Positions 25,409-34,357 of a stretch of DNA of 64,000 bases are shown piece after piece; the first letter of the stretch is position 1; each line of letters starts with the position of its first letter. Where the stretch lies: the NCBI GenBank assembly GCA_963716195.1, contig OY970293.1, positions 408,462 through 472,461 of the forward strand. Direction: 5' to 3'. The translations under genes and the position numbers were made by a program. The notes beneath the pieces are model-generated. The model did no database searches and was not told the origin of the DNA. It saw nothing but the letters and a program-made list of their open reading frames with translations. This DNA is from an uncultured Solirubrobacterales bacterium (GTDB lineage Bacteria; Actinomycetota; Thermoleophilia; Solirubrobacterales; JBBDJG01).

Positions 25409-27770
25409 CGGTCATCGCGAGCTTGCGCGTCGATCCAGGCCAGCTCGTCAGGACCAGATCGGGCGAGCCGTCCGCGCCCCACTCGAGGCTCAGCCGCGCA
25501 AGCGGGGCCTGCTTGGTTGCCCGCTGACCCGCCTCCTCGAGGGCGGCCTCGAGCCGCGCCCGCCGCTTCTCGTCGAGGAAGTGGATGAACAGCGAGTGGA
25601 AGACCACTGTGGCGACGCCGGGGACAGGTTCAGCCAGCCTCGCCTCGAGCCAGTCGTTCGCGTCGGCCTCCTCTACGGCGAGAGGGACGCGTTGGGCGAC
25701 GTCCAGCGCGGCCTTGAGACGCTCGAATCGCCTCGCCTCGTCCGCCCACACGAATGACATCAGCGTGAGCCGATCGTCCGTCGAGCTCGGGTCGAGCGGC
25801 GCGGCGTCGCAGCCGCGACGCTCGGCGACGGTGGCGGCAACTTCGAAAGGCGGGCGACCGTTGGCGTAGGCGCCCTCGAGGTGGACCGGCGAGCGCGGGT
25901 CTCCCCAGGTCAGATCGCCTTCGACGTAGTGGTACTCGGGCCAGCGAAGCAGCAAGCCCGCACTGGACCCAAGCTCCAGCAGACGCAGGGGGAGCCCGGT
26001 TTCGCGCGCCACCAGCAGGAAGCCGCTCAAGAGCGCGGAGCAGCGGGCGACCTCGTTCGTCTGCACGGGGCGGTCGAGCAGGTCGAGGATGCGCTCGCCG
26101 TGCGCCTCGACCGTGTCAACGAAAGCAGGCCACGGGTCGCCGTCATCGGTTCCTCCCACCGAGGGGTAGTGGCGGGCCAGCTCGGGCGCGTCACCCTCGA
26201 GCACGAGCCGGTGCATCGCGCCCATCAGCCGCACCGCCAGAGGATCGCTCTGACCGAGCCGCGACGGCGGGCGGTCCGCCAGCAGGCGCCAGCACGGACC
26301 CTCAGCCTCGACGTCGTCGGCCACCCGATCGAGCAGCGTGCCATAGAGAGGAGATCCCAGGTCCCGGCTCCCTGCTGCTTGGGCGTGTAGCCGGTCGGCA
26401 AGCAGCGCGCGCCGCCCCCGGGCTCCCAGGGCGCGGTGGTAGTAGCGCTTTGCGGCGGGACGCAACGACGCGGGGACAAGCGTTTTCAGGGCAGACTTGT
26501 TGGGCATGCGTTTCGCGTCGGCAGCTGCTCCATCCTTACTCGAGCGGCGGACGGCGCGAGCGGCTCTCGATGCGAGATCGCCTACAAAAGTGGCTAGCGG
26601 GGCGGGGTCCCTCAGGCTCAGTCCGCTCACGTTGCGCACGCGTCGGTACGAAGAAAGGAGCCCGCGCAGCGACAGGTCTCCCTGTCGCACGTAAGTGACC
26701 GCGGCCCGTGCCTCGAGGCTCGGGACGACCACGCGCACTCCGTCGCGTTGTGGCCGCTGCGGCGGGAGCGGGATGCCCGCGAGCGTCGCGTAGATGCGCC
26801 ATGCCGCCTCGACGCCGGCCGCCTCACCGAGACCGATGTTCTGCGGGATCCGGACGTTGATCTCCATCAGGACGTGCTCGCCGGTCTCCTCGTGCCGCTT
26901 TGCCTCCAGGCTGCAGACTCCGACGAAGCCGGCGGCTTCGATCAGCCTTCGGGTGATCGCCGTCACCTCCGGCGCCGCCACCGTCTCCAGCACCGAGCCG
27001 GCGCCGAAGTAGGGGGGATGCTGTCGCAGCTTACGCCGCGTGTAGCTAAGCGTGAACGAGCCGTTGGAAAGCCGCACCATCACCGCGCCTTCCAGGTTGG
27101 TCTCCGGCCCGGGGACGAACTCCGTCACGAGCCATTCGAGGCCGGCGTCGAGCGCCGGGCCGGCGGCGGCCCGCAGCTCGTCGGGGTCGTGGACGAGGAT
27201 GTTGCGCCGGTCTCCGAACAGCTCGCGGTAGACGTGCGAGAGAACAGGTTTCAGGAGCGATGGATAGACGGCCCGTGCCGCGATCGCATCGATCTCGGCC
27301 CGGCTGCGGAGCAGCTGCACCACGGGCGCTCGCACGCCGGCCTCTTCGGCGAGCGAATAGAGGGACGCCTTGTCCATGAGCTTCAGGTGCGCGCTGCTTG
27401 GACCCTCGAAGGAGTGCAGAGCCGGTGGAATCAGGTCCCGTTGCTTCGATACGAACTCGACGGCGCGATCGGAGGCCGGGATCAGCACCCCCTGTCCCTG
27501 CGAGCCGAGCTCGTTGAGCGCGTCGACCCACTCGTCGGTTGTCGTCGCCAGCCGCCCATCGACGCGGCGGGCGCGCGTCACCCAGCGGTTGGCCGGAATC
27601 GCGATGACTGTCACCGGGACGCCCCGCCGCACAAGCGGGCGCGCGAACGCGAGCCCGCCGTCGGCGGCATCGAGGATGATGGCGCGCGCCGGCGGCGCCG
27701 CAGCGCGGCCCTCTCCTACACTCCGTTTCATCATTGGCGGGCTTCCATCGGGTGGTTTCATCCTTGACAC
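25368..27770 (-). CDS. ATP-grasp enzyme fused to a DUF2332 (methyltransferase-like) domain
   Basis: N-terminal half ..YPSLLKPVLSH..WLVTEFVPGPETNLEGAV..HVLMEINVRIPQNIGLG.. (ATP-grasp). C-terminal half ..SPLYGTLLDRVADDV..VQTNEVARCSALLSGFLL..LRLLELGSSAGLLL..ERRGCDAAPLDP..VVFHSLFIHFL.. (DUF2332). Confidence 0.75.
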   Translation of the reverse strand: MSRMKPPDGSPPMMKRSVGEGRAAAPPARAIILDAADGGLAFARPLVRRGVPVTVIAIPANRWVTRARRVDGRLATTTDEWVDALNELGSQGQGVLIPASDRAVEFVSKQRDLIPPALHSFEGPSSAHLKLMDKASLYSLAEEAGVRAPVVQLLRSRAEIDAIAARAVYPSLLKPVLSHVYRELFGDRRNILVHDPDELRAAAGPALDAGLEWLVTEFVPGPETNLEGAVMVRLSNGSFTLSYTRRKLRQHPPYFGAGSVLETVAAPEVTAITRRLIEAAGFVGVCSLEAKRHEETGEHVLMEINVRIPQNIGLGEAAGVEAAWRIYATLAGIPLPPQRPQRDGVRVVVPSLEARAAVTYVRQGDLSLRGLLSSYRRVRNVSGLSLRDPAPLATFVGDLASRAARAVRRSSKDGAAADAKRMPNKSALKTLVPASLRPAAKRYYHRALGARGRRALLADRLHAQAAGSRDLGSPLYGTLLDRVADDVEAEGPCWRLLADRPPSRLGQSDPLAVRLMGAMHRLVLEGDAPELARHYPSVGGTDDGDPWPAFVDTVEAHGERILDLLDRPVQTNEVARCSALLSGFLLVARETGLPLRLLELGSSAGLLLRWPEYHYVEGDLTWGDPRSPVHLEGAYANGRPPFEVAATVAERRGCDAAPLDPSSTDDRLTLMSFVWADEARRFERLKAALDVAQRVPLAVEEADANDWLEARLAEPVPGVATVVFHSLFIHFLDEKRRARLEAALEEAGQRATKQAPLARLSLEWGADGSPDLVLTSWPGSTRKLAMTDDRGREIRLAPGV

Positions 27771-27936
27771 GACCCTTGCTCGGTGGTCCCGAAACGGGGG
27801 CCCTCGAGCTCAGCTGCACGGTAGGTTGGGCCCGGGGACATGTCAAGAAAAACCTGTCCAGCCCGGTGTCCAACCCGGTGTCCAGGTCTATATATGGTGG
27901 CGATGAGGGCCAACTGCATCTACCTTGGAGTGCGCA

Positions 27937-29103
27937 ATGCTCGTGGCAGGGAAGCCTAGCGTGGCCGACTTCCGTCGCACGAAATCGCCGACCGTCGAAT
28001 GGATCACAGACGAGGCTCGCTTCGCCGAGCTCGCCTCTGCGTGGGACGCGCTGCTCCCGGACGACGCCCGCCCGTTCGACCTGCACTGCTGGTACTGGGC
28101 CTGGTGGAGGGCATTCGCCGGCTCAGGCGAGCTCGCCATCTGCACCACGTGGCGCGGCGACGAGCTCGAGGGCATCTGCCCGCTGATCCGGCGCGGCAAC
28201 CACCTCAGCGCGCTCGCGAACTCACACTCGCCGGTGTTTCGCCCGCTTGCCTCAAACCCGGCGGCGATGGACGAGCTCGTGGCCGCCGTCACGCAGGCCG
28301 CCCGCGCCAGCCTCGTGCTGCACTCGTTGCCGAGCGAGGATCCGTCGGTGAAGGCGCTCGGCGAGGCAACCGCGCGCGCCTCGATGCTGCGCTGCCTCGA
28401 GCCGGTGCACACCTCGCCGATCGTCGAAACAGACGGCGACTTCGACGCCTGGCGGGCCGCAAGCAAGCCTCGTTGGGGAGCACCGCTCGAGCGCTTCAGG
28501 CGAAAGATGGGACGCGATCACGAGGCGCGCTTCGAGGTCCTCGAGCAGCCCCGCGACCTCGAGGCGGAGCTGGACATCGGTTTTGCCGTAGAGGCGAGCG
28601 GCTGGAAGGGCCGCGCCGGCACGGCGATCCTGTCGACGCCCGAGACCGAGCAGTTCTACCGCGGTCTGGCGCGTGCCTTTCACGAGCGCGGAGCGCTTCT
28701 GCTCACTCGCATCGTGCTGGACGATACGGTCGCGGCGTTTGATCTCTGCGTGCTCCGCAACAACCGGCTCTACCTGCTGAAGACCGGCTACGACGAGCGC
28801 TTCTCCAAGCTCGCGCCCGGACTGGTGTTGCGGCTCTGCACGATCGAGCGCTGCTTCGAGCTCGGATACGAGGCGCACGAGCTGCTCGGCGAGGACAGTG
28901 AGTGGAAGCTCAAGTTCGCGACCACCGAGCGGCGCCATCTGGATCTGCGCGCCTACCGTCGCACGCCCCTGGGTGGCGGCCGCTACGCGTACCGAGCCAT
29001 GGTCAGGCCGCGGCTCAAGCGCGCCTATCAGTCGGTGCACCGAATGGCTCTCGCTTCGCGTCGCGCGACGCAGCGGCGGCTCGCGCGGCGGCGAGCGGCC
29101 TAG
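27937..29103 (+). CDS. CelD/BcsL-type (FemAB-fold GNAT) acyltransferase
   Basis: ..WDALLPDDARPFDLHCWYWAWWRAFAG..ICPLIRRG..FAVEASGWKGRAGTAI..LLKTGYDERFSKLAPGLVL... Divergent from the ATP-grasp gene (166-nt spacer). Confidence 0.65.
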   Translation: MLVAGKPSVADFRRTKSPTVEWITDEARFAELASAWDALLPDDARPFDLHCWYWAWWRAFAGSGELAICTTWRGDELEGICPLIRRGNHLSALANSHSPVFRPLASNPAAMDELVAAVTQAARASLVLHSLPSEDPSVKALGEATARASMLRCLEPVHTSPIVETDGDFDAWRAASKPRWGAPLERFRRKMGRDHEARFEVLEQPRDLEAELDIGFAVEASGWKGRAGTAILSTPETEQFYRGLARAFHERGALLLTRIVLDDTVAAFDLCVLRNNRLYLLKTGYDERFSKLAPGLVLRLCTIERCFELGYEAHELLGEDSEWKLKFATTERRHLDLRAYRRTPLGGGRYAYRAMVRPRLKRAYQSVHRMALASRRATQRRLARRRAA

Positions 29104-29108
29104 ACCGG

Positions 29109-29936
29109 ATGCGGTTCGTTGCCCGAAGGTACGTGCTTGCGCTGGCCGCCTTCCTCGCAGGGCTCGCGCTCGCCGCCGTCCCCACGCTTGGAGCGAACGT
29201 GAATGTCACGTCCGGCGGCGGTTCCAATACCTTCAGCCCGAAAACGGTGACCGTAACCCAGGGCGACTCCGTCACCTGGACCAACGCGAGTGGCAACCAC
29301 AACGTCAAGTTCGACGACGGCTCCTTCGAGCAGCCCTCCTCTCCCTCCTCGAGCAACTGGACGAGGTCGAGGACCTTCACCGCCGCGGGAACCTTCCGCT
29401 ATTACTGCGAGGTGCACGGCAGCTCCGGCGGCTCCGGCATGTCCGGCACGGTCGTCGTCAACGCGCCCTCCGGCACGACGACCTCTCCACCCCCGCCAGG
29501 AGGCGGCGGCGGAAGTAGCAACCCCGGTGGAGGAGGTAGCAGCCCCGGCGGAGGAGGAGCCGGGTCGCCAACCGGTCAGCCACTGGCCGGCGATACGCTC
29601 GCGCCCAAGGTCCGGCTGTCCGCGAGCGCCGGACAGCGGATCCTCAAAAACCGTGGCCTGGTGATCAAAGTCGCCGCCGACGAGGAGGGGACGGTCACCG
29701 CAAGCGCAAAGATCACCCTGCCCGGCGCAAGCAAGGTGCTCGTGCTGCGGAAGGTCACGCGCCACCTCCGAGCGAACGTCCCCGCAAAGCTGAAGCTACG
29801 CACTTCGCGCACGACCGCATCCCTCGCGTCGGCGCTACGCCGCCGCTCGCGCTTGAAGACGAAGGTGACGGTTCGCGTGCAGGACGCCGCCGGCAACTCG
29901 CGCTCGATCAGCCGCTCGGTCACGATCAAGCGCTAG
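29109..29936 (+). CDS. Secreted cupredoxin (plastocyanin/azurin-type) with Pro/Gly linker and basic C-terminal domain
   Basis: Leader MRFVARRYVLALAAFLAGLALAAVPTLGA. ..VTVTQGDSVTWTNASGNHNVKF..GTFRYYCEVHG..MSGTVVV (Cu ligands H, C, H, M). Linker PPPPGGGGGSSNPGGGGSSPGGGGAGSP. Tail ..KTKVTVRVQDAAGNSRSISRSVTIKR. Confidence 0.8.
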   Translation: MRFVARRYVLALAAFLAGLALAAVPTLGANVNVTSGGGSNTFSPKTVTVTQGDSVTWTNASGNHNVKFDDGSFEQPSSPSSSNWTRSRTFTAAGTFRYYCEVHGSSGGSGMSGTVVVNAPSGTTTSPPPPGGGGGSSNPGGGGSSPGGGGAGSPTGQPLAGDTLAPKVRLSASAGQRILKNRGLVIKVAADEEGTVTASAKITLPGASKVLVLRKVTRHLRANVPAKLKLRTSRTTASLASALRRRSRLKTKVTVRVQDAAGNSRSISRSVTIKR

Positions 29937-29967
29937 GGACCCCTTCTCGAGTCGGACCCTGCATGCC

Positions 29968-29994
29968 GAGCGGCCGCCCGTACGGCGGCCGCTC
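29968..29994. terminator. 11-bp GC hairpin between convergent genes
   Basis: gagcggccgcc-cgtac-ggcggccgctc, located between the stops at 29936 (+) and 30018 (-). Confidence 0.5.
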
Positions 29995-30017
29995 GTTCAG
30001 GCGTATCCGTCGGTCAG

Positions 30018-30569
30018 TCAGTCCGCGTCGTGGATGACGACCTTGCGGACGTTGACGTCGCCGTAGCGCTCGTCGAGGCTCGTGCCGGCCGGGGCGCACT
30101 TCGCCTTGGTCCTGGCAACCTTGCCGATGATCTTCACCGAGTCACCCGCCGCGGGCAGCTCGCCCGGCTCGTAGTCCACGAGCTTGACCTTGAAGGGGTC
30201 GGCGGCCCCGGTGACGCTGTAGGGACCTCCCTGGACCTGCGTCCCAGGCGTGGCCGGGTCCGTGTCCACGAGCTCACCGGAGTTACGGGCGTGGCGGTTT
30301 GCGCCGGTGACGGTGATGCTCACGCTCGCCTCATTGGTGGGCGTCCCCTCGATGTCCGCCGTAAAGCTCGTCAGCGTACCCCTGACGACGAAGCCGACGT
30401 TCTTGGGTGACTTCTTGCAACGCTTGGAGTGCGCCTGCCCGTTGTTCTGATGCTCGCTCTTCGGGCCCTTGCTGTGGCTCGGCTTGTGATGGGCCTGGCC
30501 GACCGCAGGCGCCACGAGCAGAGCGCAGGCGGCTACCAGCATTGCCAGCAATCGAATGGTCTTGTTCAT
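30018..30569 (-). CDS. Secreted hypothetical protein (183 aa)
   Basis: ATG 30569 preceded by SD aaggagga. Leader MNKTIRLLAMLVAACALLVAPAVGQA. His/Lys-rich segment followed by a beta-rich domain. The upstream part of ORF 30018-30746 was discarded. Confidence 0.6.
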   Translation of the reverse strand: MNKTIRLLAMLVAACALLVAPAVGQAHHKPSHSKGPKSEHQNNGQAHSKRCKKSPKNVGFVVRGTLTSFTADIEGTPTNEASVSITVTGANRHARNSGELVDTDPATPGTQVQGGPYSVTGAADPFKVKLVDYEPGELPAAGDSVKIIGKVARTKAKCAPAGTSLDERYGDVNVRKVVIHDAD

Positions 30570-30762
30570 CGTGATCCTCCTTGATGCGTGATTCACGATC
30601 GTTTTTCGGGTTGGTACCGGCTGAAACGCGGGGTGCCCGCGAAAGTTGGCCGGTTTCGGCGAACTTTTCCGACCCGCCGGCGTTCCAACATTTGATGTGG
30701 CTATACGCACCGACGCTTGACCTACCATCTCCCTGGGCCGATTCATTGATCGGAGCTTCCCA

Positions 30763-32151
30763 GTGGGAACGGCAACTGCTCAGATCCGAGGGCCGAAGGG
30801 CTTCCGGGCTTCGAAGCGTCTGCTCGCGCTGGCCGGGGACGACCGGCTGGTGGCGGAGATCCGGCGCGGTAACGAGGCCGCGTTCGAAGTCGCCTACGAG
30901 CGCCACTACCGCGCCCTGCTGTCGTTCTGCCGGCACATGCTCGGCTCCCGCGAAAGCGGCGAGGAGGCGCTCCAGCACACCTTTGCGGCGGCCTGGGCAG
31001 ACCTCCAGCGCAGCGATCGCCCGGTCAAGCTCAAGCCTTGGCTCTACACGATCGCCCGCAACCGCTGCTTGTCGCTGCTGCGGGCGCAACGCCTCGAGAC
31101 CACAGAGCTCGAAGACCCACCTGCGACGGACGGACTCGCCGAAGAGGTGTCGAGGAGGGCGGATCTTCGCGCCCTGCTGGCCGACCTCCGCGAGCTCTCC
31201 GAGGATCAGCGGGCGGCGCTCGTGCTCTCGGAGCTCGATGGTTTCTCTCATGCGGACATTGCCGAGGTCATCGGGCGCCAGGAGAGCGACGTGAAGGCGC
31301 TTGTGTTCAGAGCAAGGAGCACTCTCGCCGACTGGCGCGCCGCGCGCGAGACCCCGTGCGAGGAGATCCGCGAGCAGCTCGCGGTCCTCACCCGAGGCGC
31401 GCTTCGCCGGCGTCCAATCCGGCGTCACCTTGAGAGCTGTCCTGGCTGTCGCGCGTTCCGCGACGAGATGAGAGCGCAGCGCAGGATGATGGCCGCCATC
31501 CTGCCCGTCGTACCGACGGTCGGTCTCAAGCAGGGTGCGTTGGCGGCGGTCGGTTTCGGCGGCGCCTCCGCTGGGGGCGCTGCCTCGGCCGGTGGCGCCG
31601 CGGCCGGTGGCGCCGCGGCGGCAGGTGCAGGGGCGGCCACGGCTGGTTCCATTGGCACGGCCACGATCGCGAAGATCGCCATCGTGGTCGTGGCGGTCGG
31701 CAGCGCTGGGGCGGGGGGCGAGAGGCTGTTGCACCGCGACGAGCCGCGAGCCGTCCCAGCGCCCGCCGCGGCGCCCAATTCGAGCGCTGGCCCTGGGCGT
31801 GCAGTCGCGCCCGCAGCGTCAGGGAGTCGAGCGTCGCAGGGCGCCGGGCACCCACGCGCCCGCAAGACGAAGAGGGAGGCCAAGGGGAAGGCAGGCCAGC
31901 CTGTGCGCTCCCACGGCAGCGAACGCCTGGGCAGTCCGTCGAAGCGCGCCTCCGCCCCCGGCCGCGTGAAGCAGGACAAGTCCCCACCACGGGCAGGGCT
32001 GAAGCGCAACCACCGCGGCGCACGGGCCAAACCGAAGAAGCTCGCGAGCGCGCCCGCGAAACCGGCGAAGCCCAAGCTGCCAAAAGCGAGAAACGATGCG
32101 GGACGCCCCTTGCTGCGCGAACCGAAGCCAGTCGAGCTCCAGAATCCCTAG
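30763..32151 (+). CDS. ECF sigma factor fused to zf-HC2 anti-sigma motif, one TM and an Ala/Pro/Lys-rich tail
   Basis: Sigma region 2 ..FEVAYERHYRALLSFCRHMLG..PWLYTIARNRCLSLLR. Region 4 ..LSEDQRAALVLSELDGFSHADIAEVIGRQESDVKALVFRAR. Then ..CEEIREQLA..HLESCPGCRAF... TM IAKIAIVVVAVGSAGAGG. Tail with KPKKLASAPAKPAKPKLPK. Confidence 0.75.
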   Translation: MGTATAQIRGPKGFRASKRLLALAGDDRLVAEIRRGNEAAFEVAYERHYRALLSFCRHMLGSRESGEEALQHTFAAAWADLQRSDRPVKLKPWLYTIARNRCLSLLRAQRLETTELEDPPATDGLAEEVSRRADLRALLADLRELSEDQRAALVLSELDGFSHADIAEVIGRQESDVKALVFRARSTLADWRAARETPCEEIREQLAVLTRGALRRRPIRRHLESCPGCRAFRDEMRAQRRMMAAILPVVPTVGLKQGALAAVGFGGASAGGAASAGGAAAGGAAAAGAGAATAGSIGTATIAKIAIVVVAVGSAGAGGERLLHRDEPRAVPAPAAAPNSSAGPGRAVAPAASGSRASQGAGHPRARKTKREAKGKAGQPVRSHGSERLGSPSKRASAPGRVKQDKSPPRAGLKRNHRGARAKPKKLASAPAKPAKPKLPKARNDAGRPLLREPKPVELQNP

Positions 32152-32179
32152 AGGCTAGTCACCCCGCGCCGGACAGGCC

Positions 32180-34357
32180 TCAACCAACGCTCTGTTCTCG
32201 CCCTTCGACTCGGACTTTCGGCAGCCACCGCAGCCATGCAGGGAGGTACCAGTTGCGGTCCCCAAGTAGTTGCATCGTCACGGGCAGAAGGACGAGACGG
32301 ACGATCGTCGCATCGATCAGGAGCGCAACGGCGACACCGAATCCCATCTGCTGGAACATGACCAGATCGCCGCGGGCGAAGCCGCTGAAGACGGCGATGA
32401 TGATCAAAGCCGCACCGGTGATCACCCGGGCGGTCGTGCTCACGCCATAGACGATTGCGTCGGAGTTGTCATGGGTTTGCCGGAAGCGCTCTTGGATCCG
32501 GCTCAGCAAGAAGACCTCGTAATCCATCGACAGTCCAAACAGGACCGCAAAGAGAAACAGCGGCACCCACGATTCGACCGCGTCGACCTGCTGGAATCCA
32601 AACAGTTCGTTCCCGACACCCTTTTGGAAGACGAGCACGACGAGGCCGTAGGCCGCACCGACGGACAGGAGGTTGAGGACGACCGCCTTGATCGCCACGA
32701 CGATCGAGCGAAAGGCGATGGTCAGCAAGACGAAGCTCACGGTCAGCACGAACGCGATTACGACGGGCAGCCAGTCCTCCATGGTGTCGGACTCGTCGAC
32801 GATCCGGGCGCTCTCGCCGGCGACCAATACCTCCGTATCCGTGACTCCGCCGAAAGCCCGGGGGATGTAATCGCTGCGAAGCTGGCGCACGGCGTCCATC
32901 GCCTCTTTGCCGAGCGCGTCACCGCCAACCGGCACCGTCAGCACAGCGAGATCCCCACCGGGGCTCTCATCCAAGTCCGCGCGGCCGAGGATGCTGCTTT
33001 CGGCAAGCAGGTTCTCGAGGCGCTCGATCCCGCTACGCACCGCCGCAGACTCGGTCGGCCCGTCCACCACGATCTCCACGGGGTCGGCGGTCTCGCTGGG
33101 GAACTCCTGATTGAGGGCGACGAATCCCTGCTTCGACTGAAGCCGATCGGGGAGGGTGCTGACTCCGGCCTCGCCGGTCTGGAGGTCGAGGACGGGGACG
33201 GTCGCGGCCAAGAGCAATGCGACGACCGCGATCAGCGCGACCCATGGGCGCCGCATCACACCTCGCACCGCTCCCGACCAGAAGCGACTTCCTTCGCGTG
33301 TGGCCGCCCTCCCGAAGAACGGCATGCGAAGCCCATTCACCCTGTCCCCCAGCAGAGTCAGCAGCGCGGGCAGGAGCGTCAAGGCGACAAAGACGGACGC
33401 GACTGCGGCGAAGATTGCGCCGGCGGCGAGGCTCCGCATCAAGGTGTGCGGCACCAGCAACAGCCCAAGCATCGCGACGATGAACGCGCTGCCGCTGAAG
33501 AGCACGGCGCGACCGGCGCGCGCGCTCGCCGTCATGGCTGCGTCCCCTTCGTGCAGTCCGTGGAGTCGCTCCTCGCGGTACCGAAAGATGATCAACAGCG
33601 AGTAGTCGATCCCGAGTGCGAGCCCCATCCCCGTCAGCATGTTTGGCGTGAAGTCCGAAAGCAGGAACACCTGACCGGTGACCGCCGTCATGGCAAGCGC
33701 GATCAAGATCGCGACGATCGCGAGCAGGAGGGGCAGGAGGCCTGCAACGACTGCACCGAACACGAGCAGCAGAACGAGGATCGCCGCCGGAAGGCCGAAA
33801 TACAGCTCGCCCGTCTTGAGGTCGTCTAGCGCAAGCTCCGAGAAGTCGGCGTCGCTCGTCCACTCGCCCGTTATGTAAGCGTCGAAGCGATCGTTGTTAC
33901 TGGCTTCCACGGCGTGGACGAGGCGTTCGGTCGTGTCCTCCTCGTCCCAGCCTGGCGCCACGAGCAGGGCCGTCGAGTCGCGATCTGTGGATACGAGGCG
34001 ATCGTCGCGGCCTTCGTAATAGGTGACCACCTCGGAAGCACCGGCCCGGCGCAGATCCTGGGTAAGCGCGACGACGTGACTCTCAAAGGCTTGATCGTCC
34101 ACCATCGCGTGTCGCGAGCGGACGATGATGACTTCGCTCGTATCCGTGTTTACATCCGACCGGTCCTGCGGGAAGCGCTCGGACATGAGGGTTTCGGCGC
34201 GTCGTGACTCCGTCTCGTTGGTGAGGTCGTCGTCCGAGGTGAGCGCGTCGCCGAGGAAGACGCCGACGAGCACGGCGGCGATCACGACGATCGATGCCCA
34301 GATCGCGACCGCACGCCACGGCCGTCGAGCGCTCCAGGATGTAAGTCGCTCAGCCAT
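32180..34357 (-). CDS. MMPL-family (RND superfamily) membrane transporter
   Basis: 725 aa with two 5-6 TM bundles. ..GIDYSLLIIFRYREE.. and ..GLSMDYEVFLLSRIQERF... Confidence 0.85.
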   Translation of the reverse strand: MAERLTSWSARRPWRAVAIWASIVVIAAVLVGVFLGDALTSDDDLTNETESRRAETLMSERFPQDRSDVNTDTSEVIIVRSRHAMVDDQAFESHVVALTQDLRRAGASEVVTYYEGRDDRLVSTDRDSTALLVAPGWDEEDTTERLVHAVEASNNDRFDAYITGEWTSDADFSELALDDLKTGELYFGLPAAILVLLLVFGAVVAGLLPLLLAIVAILIALAMTAVTGQVFLLSDFTPNMLTGMGLALGIDYSLLIIFRYREERLHGLHEGDAAMTASARAGRAVLFSGSAFIVAMLGLLLVPHTLMRSLAAGAIFAAVASVFVALTLLPALLTLLGDRVNGLRMPFFGRAATREGSRFWSGAVRGVMRRPWVALIAVVALLLAATVPVLDLQTGEAGVSTLPDRLQSKQGFVALNQEFPSETADPVEIVVDGPTESAAVRSGIERLENLLAESSILGRADLDESPGGDLAVLTVPVGGDALGKEAMDAVRQLRSDYIPRAFGGVTDTEVLVAGESARIVDESDTMEDWLPVVIAFVLTVSFVLLTIAFRSIVVAIKAVVLNLLSVGAAYGLVVLVFQKGVGNELFGFQQVDAVESWVPLFLFAVLFGLSMDYEVFLLSRIQERFRQTHDNSDAIVYGVSTTARVITGAALIIIAVFSGFARGDLVMFQQMGFGVAVALLIDATIVRLVLLPVTMQLLGDRNWYLPAWLRWLPKVRVEGREQSVG

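Noticed and set aside
28902-29108. Upstream extension of the cupredoxin ORF (start 28902)
   Set aside because: It overlaps the 3' end of the CelD-like gene in another frame. A proper signal peptide begins at ATG 29109.
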